NCBI GenBank assembly: GCA_051362555.1
Contig: CM120640.1
Span: 44,122,788 to 44,186,787, forward strand
DNA: 64,000 bases
From: Lingula anatina
Taxonomy: Eukaryota > Animalia > Brachiopoda
Direction: 5' to 3'
Below the pieces are notes generated by a model that worked only from the letters and a program-made list of their open reading frames with translations, made no database searches and had not been told where the DNA came from. Position numbers and translations under genes: made by a program. Below, in pieces: positions 53,770 through 64,000 of the stretch; within the stretch, counting starts at the first letter, position 1, and each line of letters opens with the position of its first letter.

Positions 53770-56558
53770 CTAGCCTATTTCATCCTCTGACATGCCGTCT
53801 TCATCAGTATCCTGATCACTGTTGTCCTCGAACGTAGCAGCAGAACCAGTGTCAGAAAGCTTGCCTTCAGCTTGAAGTCTCAAAAAAGTTCCTGTAAAAA
53901 TAAAATATGCATAAATAAGCTTTATATTATTCATAAGCAGCAGCTACAGCATTTCAAAATGTACACTTCATCTTCCACACAATTCAAGCAATAGCTACAG
54001 ATGCTTACAGCATAATAAAAATATGTATGGGCAAGTTGTATTGTACTTTTTGGCAGATAACAGAAATTTTGAGAAATTTTGTCCTGTCCACATTCTTGAA
54101 TCTAAAAATGTCTTTGCCACACATCTACACTCACTCCGTTTCCTTTCTGGCAACATTTTTAACTCCTGCTGGAGCTGACTGTTTAATGAAGCCTCTTCTT
54201 CAGCTGACAAGCCTGGCCTGTAATGTTTACATGTAATTTATCAGTGCTATAGCAGTCATCACAAAAGAATAAACATGCAGCCCATTGACCATATTAAAAA
54301 AAATGACATTTAACAAATTTTTAAACTGACAAATCTGAAGGGCTTCTATTTGATTATATTTTTGTTTTTCATTTATTTTGCCTTCAGACTTTTTCAGGCC
54401 TAACCAACTACCAGACTCGGCACCTAAGGATCCTGAATTAACCGGTATATCGGACTACACTACCAGTTTTCAAGGTGTGTGTCAGATCGCATTTCGGAGT
54501 ATCAGCCAGAACACCGACAGGATGAGCCCTGGCATGCTCGGCTGTCACCTTGATTGGATAGTAAATGATTGTCGTAAAATCGCTATATGATTTTAAAACC
54601 AGGTGCATAAATTTGAAAGCCACCTACATGCACCTTAGACTGCCACATTAATCTAATACAATGCAAAAAAGCCCTATCAAAAGTGGTTAAAACATTCAAA
54701 CCGAATGTCGTAAAGTCCCCATATATCCCCATAGAGACAATAAAATGGAGTACTCTTAAGTAAGAGTACAGTTTAAGGTTGTTCAGCCGAGCGTGGATGA
54801 GCCTGCAGTCGTGCTACAAATTTTTTTCTGGGGTATGATACTCTGAAATGCGATCTGACACACACCTTGAAAACGGGTAGCGTGGTCCGATATACCGGTT
54901 AATTCAGGATCCTTAGGTGCCGAGTCTGGTAGTTGGGTAGGCCTGTTTTTTAAACTGTGAGTTTAATACCACTCACCCTTGTACAATATCTTTCTTTTCT
55001 CCACATTTTGCACAAACCCCATGATGTTTTGCACAGTCTGTGCAAATTATGTAGTATGCTCTCTTAACTGATTTCTGTTCACATTTTGTGCTAAGGAAAA
55101 AATCAGAAAATGAAAAATTTAAGCGTAAGTCTATATCTTTTCAAATTAAAAAAATGGTAATTTGAAATTTGCTTCCTTCTGCATTATAAAACTACAGGAG
55201 TAACAATATTAAATGAAAAAAGCGCGAGTGGATAATAAAGCTATTCTTTATTTCACTTTCCAGGCTGACAAACAAGGCTTGTCCCTGCCAACCCTTCAGC
55301 CATCATTTGGACAGCCACTGGCATCACCGGAAAACCTATATTTCCAAAGACATATGGACAGCTTACGAAATTTTTTAAAAAGATGGCTTGGCTTGTTGGG
55401 GTGGCCATGGACGTCATACAAAATTCTGTTAGAGTAATTTATCATACCCAGCCTGTATGGTGCATTCCAGTCGAATATAAAAATACTTTGTAGTGCATGC
55501 TGTTATTCAGTCACGATGTAACTAATACCAACAGCTTACAAAACACAATAAAATATTTCCATTAACTTTAAAATATATAATCTACACCAAACGCAGCAGT
55601 ACATACAACAACACTGACAGACAAGAAGGCAATTTTCATTTCTTCAGCAAGATATCATTCGCAAGAGGAGAAGGCAATTTTCATATTTGTTCAAAAGACT
55701 TCATGAGCTGAAGATCGGATGCAGAAGATAGTTACCGATCTGAGTGAGATAAGAAGGCAATTTTCATATTTTGTTCAAGGGACTTTCTTTGTGGAAGATT
55801 GTGAGCTGTACATGTAGATGGTTTGCGATCCAAGTGGGACAAGAAGAACAGATACTTTGTTCATGGAAGATCGTCAGGTGATTATTCACAATCATATTCA
55901 TTCAAGGGAGTTTGTTTGTAATCCGAGCGAAATGAGAAATCAATTTTCATATTTGTTCAAGGGGCTTCCTTTGCAGAAGATTGTCTTGTATCCAGGTGAG
56001 ACAAAAAGGCAATTTTCATATCCTTTTGAAATGTACTGTATTATCTTTAAAATATTGCTTTCTTTTTATTTTAATCTCCCCCCCCCCTCCCCTCACGGCA
56101 CTTAGAAAGTTGGCCGCCCTGAAATTTTGAAGGAAATTACAGATGGCAATTTATAAGTTATGGACGGCCTGTACCCCAATCCTGGGAAAAGCTTTGCTGA
56201 CAAAACATTGCTACGTGTACCTAAATACCACCTATATAAAAACAAAGTAGAATACAAGTACTGTATAGTAGCATGCCTTATTTAGTTATACCCTTACGGC
56301 TAAACCTTCAACAGTTTTTTTATCAAATAAAATATAATCATTTTCTTACCACTTCTTTGGGACAGTGAGAGGCTTATATTTCTTATACTTGATCTTCCAG
56401 TCAATGATGTCTTTGCATCTGGCACACACCCCTGTGACTTCCAGTGAGTTTATCTCCTTTGTCTTCTTGCTGGTATCATGAAGTGAATTCTTGAAGGCCT
56501 TCTTGTTTTGATGTTTCGGTGGGCCAGTTTTCCTGACGTTGCCTCTTTGCGAACTCAT
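53770..56558 (-). CDS. C9orf85: C9orf85 homolog (DUF2039 family, Cys-rich), 4 coding exons: 56558-56350, 55090-54977, ~54217-54135, ~53891-53770
   Basis: MSSQRGNV...PPKHQNKKAFKN...GVCARCKDIIDWKIKYKKYKPL...CTKCEQKSVKRAYYIICTDCA...VCAKCG is the C9orf85 signature. GT-AG junctions are in phase, and an acidic tail ends in TAG at 53770-53772. Confidence 0.88.
54395..54945. mobile_element. ~550 bp MITE with ~110 bp near-perfect TIRs in a C9orf85 intron
   Basis: CAGGCCTAACCAACTACCAGACTCGGCACCTAAGGATCCTGAATTAACCGGTATATCGGA...GTGTGTGTCAGATCGCATTTC recurs inverted at ~54835-54945. The TSD is ambiguous (T-run flanks). Confidence 0.85.
55623..56022. repeat. Degenerate minisatellite with core AGAAGGCAATTTTCATATTTGTTCAAG, about 5 copies
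   Basis: The core recurs near 55623, 55669, 55751, 55935 and 56003. Confidence 0.6.
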
Positions 56559-56979
56559 GTTTTACAGACTGTTAGGGGACAGGGCATTACCCGCACGTGT
56601 TGGAGCTTAGAAGTCAGTGATAGAAAACATTAGGTACGGGCAGAGTAATTTTAATAATGATTGCGTTTTATACAATGTTACATATACATCCATACATATT
56701 GTTTTTATTTATAAACACAAAAAATTCAAAACTATGTTTAAAATAATCCAATGGGGTTTAATGATTAAATATATAACGCGGAAGTAAACTGCCCGTACCT
56801 CTGCCTCACTTTCGGACAAGTGACGTCACGGGGAAGAAAAGAGAAAGCTGTGGATTGACGGTACTTATTTTCTCTTAATTTTCAACCACTTACTGAAGTT
56901 GTGACGACCAGGAGCTTTAATTGTGAAGTGTCATATAAGGAAAAAGAAGTTCACAATTACACTAAGCAATACTTTCATA
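56559..56979. promoter_or_regulatory. Putative bidirectional promoter between C9orf85 and ABHD17
   Basis: Only ~420 bp between the divergent ATGs. ETS/GABP-type CGGAAGT at 56779-56785, CRE TGACGTCA at 56821-56828, E-box CACGTG at ~56594. Confidence 0.6.
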
Positions 56980-59900
56980 ATGAATGGTTTATCATTTAGC
57001 GAACTTTGTTGTCTATTTTGCTGTCCTCCGTGTCCATCCAGAATTGCAGCCAAACTAGCATTTTTACCACCTGAACCTACCTATTCTTTCGTATCGGACG
57101 AAGCAGGTTCTAAATACAGCTTGCATCTAACAGAAAAATCAGAATGGCAGTATTCACAGAGAGAACTAGATTGTATAGAAGTTTTTATGACTCGCACATC
57201 AAAGGGAAATAGAGTAGGTTGTATGTTTGTAAGAACATCTCCAAACGCCAAATACACTATTTTGTTTAGTCATGGAAACGCCGTAGATTTAGGACAGATG
57301 AGTTCTTTCTACATTGGCCTAGGATCCAGAATAAACTGCAATATCTTCAGCTATGATTACTCAGGGTATGGTATGAGTAGTGGGAAACCGTCAGAGAAAA
57401 ACTTGTACTCTGACATTGATGCAGCTTGGCAGGCACTTCGAACGAGATATGGAATCAGTCCAGAGCATATTATATTGTACGGGCAGAGCATCGGCACAGT
57501 ACCAACAGTTGATCTGGCATCACGATATGAAGTGGGTGCCGTCATTCTTCATTCCCCACTGACATCTGGCATGAGAGTGGCATTCCCTGAGACCAAGAGA
57601 ACATGGTTCTTTGATGCATTCCCTAGGTAGGTGGAACAAGACCTGTGGCCAAGTAGATGGGCAGCCATTAAAAAATGATGGATAAGTTTAGCAAATCCAT
57701 CACAGAAAATTTACCATGAAAATGATGCAATTAAAATTTTGCCACCATTCTTTATAACTGTTAATATTTGCTAACCACCACTTCATTAAATTCCAAACTC
57801 AAAAATATAGTTTTGAAGAGGATGGCCTTTAAGATATTTGAACAGGTCATATTTGACAAAAGTTTTCAAAAATACTGGATGATGACATATCTCTTTTTCA
57901 GTCATAATATGCTATTAACTAAATGATAAAAGTCATATATCTAGATGTACCTGTATGTATCATAAACTGTGACCAGCTTTTCTCTTCTCTCGTCAAATAT
58001 TTGCATACATAAACTAGGCAGTAAATGCAAACAAAACATTACCCAAAAGTTTTGTTAGTGATGCTGGTGGCTCTGCTTTTTTTTTTTTTTTTTTTTTTTA
58101 CACTTTTGCAGAGTTTGACTTTTTCCATATGTTGGATGTGCAGCTTATAAATATAATGCTACCTAAAACATTTGACTATGAAGATAACCAAAATTATATG
58201 GGCAACTGTTACTTGGAGAAAATGTTTAGGTGACAGTTAATGGTGTTAGCAATGGGAACTTCTATCTACAATTTCTTTTCACCTTATTGGGGGGGGGGGG
58301 GGGGGCAGCTTTAGTAACATGTTTGAATGCTTTTGATTTTAAACTTCATGGGAGAAATTCTGCCTTTGGGAACTAAATCCTCCCACCAAAACACCAGCAC
58401 ATAGATAAAAACTCATCATGAGGATTGAAGAAATGAAGCGAGCAGTCTTTTGTACATGTCAGAAAAAGATATTGGTAAATGGGTATTAGAATAAGATTAA
58501 GAATAAGTTTTTAGATAAAGTTTGTGTGTAACGGTAATGACACACTGTCATTAGGTGAACTGCACATCTCAAAGTTCACACTACACCCTTAACAGACACT
58601 GAATCATTTGTTTGGTAAACCCAGAAACAGTGAACTAAAGTATGATTAACAGCTTAATTAATAATTAGTAGTATTGTTATAATTAATTTTTGTATACATG
58701 GTCCATACTGACTGTTTCTCTTACCTAATGTGCAAACTTGTCTAAAAGCATGAATCAATAAGGTCTTATCATATAAACACAACTAAATGATTTAAAATCC
58801 TAAATACTTCATTGTGCATTTGTCAGTTCTCTCCAAATGACTCATTGCTTATAATGGAACTTTATTCATTGAAGTAATTATAAACAGTGAATGATCATTT
58901 GCTGGCCCAATCATTGGTGATTTAGTTGTAGCCTTTAGGTACAAGGCAATGACTGCTTTGTCTTATAGACTGCTGCCTAAGTATGTATTGCAACTGACTA
59001 TATTTCTAGTGGTACTGAGGTCAGACAGAGACAGTCTGTCTTTGTGGTTGCTATTCCTGTCACGGTATTGGAAGGCAAGGAGGTCAGATAGTAGCTGTGA
59101 TAAAACGTGCACTCTGTTTTTGTGGAGAGCATATACCATTATCATTTCTAAAGTTGTCTGTTGGTTTGAGGCCTAAGTACTAGTAGTTAGGTGTTTTACA
59201 CAATTTTGGTAAAGGTGAATGTTAACTTGTTAAATTGAATGGATTTCAAAGACATAGGATGTATTGTTTACCTTTTGAAAAGCATATTATTTCTCAAACC
59301 ATTACTTCGGTTCTATGCATTTTGTGAACAGGTTGCATTTCATTTGAGGACAAACAAAAGTCATTTCAGAGAATTTTTGTTGTGGAGATTCCTCTCAATT
59401 AAGGCACAATTTGATAATATTGATTTTAAAAGATACATGTATTTCAAGTAATGAGTCATTATTTTTCAACACTTCAACATTACTAGTACACAAGTAACCC
59501 GTTTTGAATATGCAGTAGGCAGTTCTGTTTACAGACATTGTAATTGATATTGACATGTTCACTCTTTTAAGTTAATTGACTTCTCTAGTGAATAAGTAAA
59601 GAAAAGGAATAACTAATGAATTGATTAGATCTCCTAAGGTTTGGGCCAATTATCCTGTAAGATAATGACATTCAGCTAGGTTACGTTTTGCTTCTGTTCA
59701 CTTCACTAATAGGATTCTTCTTCTACAGCGTGTCATGGATAAAAAGACACAAAGGAGTTCCCTTTTTTATAATAATATTTCTTCTCCTTATATACAGAAT
59801 ATACAAGAACACAAGGCTGGCTTCTTTTTCAAGTGATCGGTAAAAACAATCATCTTAAATGAATTACCTTAATTCCACAAATTACATCACACAGACTTAT

Positions 59901-61811
59901 AATGGTGACACGTTGTATGGTCTTTTAATATCTTCATGCCCAACAATCAAGTAAAATTTACAGAAAAAATGCATTTGAATATAATTAAACAAGAATTTGA
60001 TCATTAAGTTATTGTCTGATAGTCAATTAATTCTGATAATAACATCCAAAGTGCTTTACTGAGTGTTGGTGTATCTCAAGAAGCTTTTTCTTTACTTAAT
60101 CATGGAGAAAAAAATTTACTTCTGTTCTGTTTGGAATTTCTGATAGCTCTAACTTGGAATTCCTCACATCTTCCATATTGAAAATAGTCTGAGGTTGAGG
60201 GAAAAAGGATGTAAATTTGTAAATAGGAAAATTGAAGTTAAATCTTACAGAAACCTCATGTTGTTTTGTGTCAAAAATTTAATACTGAGGGTCATTACTG
60301 ATATATTGATACACTGATATGGAATATGAAATTGTAGCTCCAGGTCATAACTATTAAGGCACAGATGGCACTTATCATTTGTGAAACTGTGAGAGAGATT
60401 TATCCCTGCTAGAAAGTTTTTGGTCTTGCAACCAGAATGGCTACTGGCTTTGAAGTTAAAAAATTGTTGACCTGTAATAAAGAGGTGTTTCAGAAAGTGA
60501 AAGGCCTCTGTATTGATTATTCACCAGTCTTAATTGTACAGGCCAGCTAAGTGACCAGTATTATCATAAGTGCTGCAGCATGCGGTTCATGCATTATTAT
60601 AGTTATTCTATAGCTATTATCAGATGTTTATGCACCAAGCAATATGATTCATTTCCCTCTGTCTCATCATGAACTGGTTGTAAAGACACCATTTGAATCC
60701 TAATAATAGACTAAATTCATTGTATAACTCTTCACAATTTTAAAAATTACTTATTTTTATGATATTTACTGTGAAAAGAAAAATAAAATAAAATATTTTT
60801 TTGTGAAAAATAACTATTTAGTCAGAACAAGAATGTTATCATTGCCCTCCAGCAGATAGATAATTATATAGTCAAACAGTTTTTAAATGTGTGCATGCCA
60901 TGTGTGATACTGTAGCTGCTGTACTAAAGCATCAATAAGTCACGCAGTTGGATTTGTATTTCACATATTAGATACAGGAGAGTTGTTTAGATCTTGGATT
61001 GTGAAAGTAATTTTTACATTATCTGATCAATGATAAACATTCAAAGTACACAGGTATGCTAGCTTGGCATTGATTTCATCCATGTATTATTTTTCTAAAA
61101 TGAGCCTAGTTGCATGTTGGTAATTTCTCCAGCGTGTCAAGTGTTAGTTTCAGACCAACCTGAAGCAGGCAAACAAACATTCTATTGAGTATGGCATTCA
61201 TTACTAGGTATTTGTCCAGTCTCACAGTGGCAGGTTTTTTCTCTTCAGTTACAGAGGTGACCTCTGAATGTGCCTATCTAACACCATTTTTAGATGTTAA
61301 AAAACATTTTTGTATCGTATGTTGCATGTTATCGCTGATTTCCTTCAGCCCTTCTATTACGTGTACAACAAACGGTCTTGCTGTTGTTAATTAAATAATT
61401 GTGTTCATTGTGTACCTCTAAGTTCTGTACGCATGAAAATAATACGTAATCAATATATTGTCAATAAGTGATATAACTAGTAAAATGTACTGTGTTTTGA
61501 CATATATGAATATTAGTAGCATGCTAGTACTGTAATTGGTAATGATCAACCCAAAGACGAAATATCTAACAACATGTCTGTTTCATTTCAGCATTGACAA
61601 AGTTCCAAAGATCGTCTCTCCCGTCCTTGTGATCCATGGCACAGAGGATGAAGTTATAGATTTTTCTCATGGCCTGGCTATCTATGAGCGCTGTCCAAGA
61701 GCCGTGGAGCCACTCTGGGTAGAAGGCGCCGGTCACAATGATGTAGAACTCTATGGCCAATACTTAGAGAGGCTTAAGCAGTTTGTTAGTGTAGATCTTG
61801 CTGTCAACTGA
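56980..61811 (+). CDS. ABHD17: Alpha/beta hydrolase domain-containing protein 17 (protein depalmitoylase); exons 56980-57626 and 61592-61811
   Basis: [33 protein letters not shown] palmitoylation cluster, SHGNAVDLG, nucleophile motif [14 protein letters not shown] and GAGHND. Junction CCTAG|gtag...ttcag|CATTGAC. Confidence 0.96.
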
Positions 61812-63417
61812 TTCCTGTGTGTACATGTGGGAGTCACATGAAGATCATCTGGGCTAGCATAAATTATATGAAGTTAAAGATCTATTTTAGATATTTCAAA
61901 GCTGTTGAACAGTGATTTAGTTTGTGTGTATGTGTGCCCAGAGACAAATGTGGGCAACCTTTATATGTCGGTAGGCATTGCATGTCTTCACATGCTGGTA
62001 TTCATAACTTTGATCCTACTGTTCAGTATTCAGAACAAGAAGCAAGAGGGGCTTGTGGATTTTGGGACAATTGAATCCCCATCATTTTAATGTTGAGTAA
62101 GATAATTGCGAGTTTTATGGGGTAAAAATTTTGTCTATAAGATGTTTTGCAGTTAAGTGTTTGCAGGGAGTTGAATTTTAATGAAAAATTACTCTTAACT
62201 GGTGTAAGAACAACAGCACTATGGAGTTCCTATTCAGAATAAAATTTAAGTTTTCTTTATTTTCAAACAGTTACTTGTCTTAATATGTATCACATTTCAT
62301 ACAATACTCCAAAAATCTTTTTGTGTATTTATTTATCATGTCAAAAGTTCTGTACAATGTAATATTTTGCTTGTAGGATATTTTGCTTAGCAATGTCTTG
62401 TTTGATATAAGATTGCTGAATTTATAACTCTTCCAGAATTTGGAAGAAAATGAAGCAATTTTTAAAGTACATGTACATTCCCAAGTAATGATTTTCTTAC
62501 ATACAACTTTCACTTTAAGTGTTCAATTTATTCTTTGGCTTTTGGTATATACCTATAAAATTTTGTCTGAACATTGCAGTTCCTTGTTAAAGCATCCTGT
62601 AAGCATACGTACAAAGTAATAATATTTCATAATATTGGCTTGGTAACAGAAGGTAATTGAAGGTAGTGTTAAAAGGTTGCTCTACACTTGAATCCATAAT
62701 CCCAAGTTCTCGGGATACTGCTAATCCCTTCTTGTGCACTGCTAAAATTCAATTAATGATCTGATGTGAATCCAATTATCTGATTGATGCACAACTACTG
62801 TGATTTCCTTCCAATGAAGATGTAACCTAATTAAACGTGGTGGTTCCTGTCAAGTAGGATTGATATAGATTGGATAATCTATTCCAGTATGGTAGATTCT
62901 GTAAGCTATCAGACTTTACTTAATGCAGTCATATATTGTAATTGTATCTGAAATGACTGAATTTCATTAATACTTTTTTTTTTCAAAGATGTTAAAATTG
63001 TGCTATTTTCTTGTAGTAAGGCGACCTATTTTACATTTGATGGTTTTCAAATAGTTTGGTAGACAGTAAGGAATCAAAATTGAATTGAAGTATCCTGGCC
63101 ACAACCTAATCTCAAAGGTGACAACCTCTGTGTCCTTACATTTGGGAATGCTTTCTTTTGTTTGTCTATTTATCACTTCACAGAGATAGCTCTTCTGCAG
63201 ACATTTTGTTACTTGTTTGGTGGTTGCTTTTTCTTATATAAAACATTTATCACTTCTCCTTTCTGGGCACAATTTTTGGCCACTTAATAAAATACGCTGT
63301 CTTGAGGCACAGTTACTTAGATCTGTAATGCATTAATGATAAAATCATCAAAGTGTCTTATATTTCTTAAAAAGGCAACTGAATGCTCTTTTTGAAGGGG
63401 GCAGCAAATGGTAGACT

Positions 63418-63453
<36 letters not shown>

Positions 63454-64000
63454 TGATGTTCATTGCTAAAAAGAGATCCATGTGTACATTGTGCAAACAT
63501 ATGTATTAAAATGCCAGTAAGACCCATTCTGTTATTGTAGAGGCTCACTTTATTATATTTTGCCACCTTGTCGACTACATGAGGTTCTTTTCTACAGTGG
63601 GAAATAGTTTTAAGTGAAAATCTCTGAGGATGGTGTAACAGCTGGGCTCAAAGAATTCACTTTCACATTAGAGGGAGTGTAAGCTTTTGCTGCCACATGA
63701 AATGAATCTCTTCATACTCAGTATGGTGCAGAAATATTGCTAGAGATGAAGGCATACCAACTATATAGTACAAGTTGACTCAGCTTGATTGTCAAGTTCA
63801 ATATTTCCGTGCAAATATGAAAAGGAAAGTCATGTAATATAAACGTCACTTTCAAGTGTACGGTGATGTTAATTCTTTCCAATTGGGTCACTTTTCTTAT
63901 CTGTGCAATTTAGTTTTGTACAAGTATGTCTTGCCTTAAAAATCATTAGTTAATTGATCCAAGCTTGCTCTGGATATGTTTGCCCCACTGGACGTCTGTT

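Noticed and set aside
55261-55455. CAGGCTG...CAGCCTG as possible hAT-like MITE ends
   Set aside because: Only a 7-bp inverted match with no target-site duplication.
55623-56022. Spaced repeats superficially like a CRISPR array
   Set aside because: Eukaryotic intron, degenerate repeats, irregular and mutually similar spacers, no cas genes; it is a minisatellite.
56923-56979. N-terminal extension of ABHD17 in the ORF track
   Set aside because: It begins at GTG; the conserved family start is [11 protein letters not shown] at ATG 56980.

Overview
AT-rich animal DNA with GT-AG introns. It is probably from a marine invertebrate such as a lophotrochozoan (inference; the species cannot be fixed from sequence alone). 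From left to right the window holds: (1) an intronless Mab-21/cGAS-like (cGLR) nucleotidyltransferase-fold gene; (2) a two-exon rhodopsin-class neuropeptide-type GPCR; (3) a head-to-tail triplication of a ~9.5-11.9 kb unit; (4) TIMM44; and (5) a head-to-head C9orf85-like / ABHD17 pair. Several MITEs and microsatellites lie in introns. Each repeat unit carries a gene of up to 14 coding exons for a ~990 aa protein: N-myristoylation motif, SPSB-type SPRY, neuralized (NHR) domain, ARM repeats, then a NEURL4-type ADP-ribosyltransferase (ART) domain. Copies 2 and 3 are intact; copy 1 has a premature stop and a lost exon. The array is the best candidate for an undescribed system. It looks like an expanded, probably membrane-anchored NAD+-consuming enzyme family whose ARM region is diverging fast, with kB-like sites upstream and a cGLR gene about 7 kb away.
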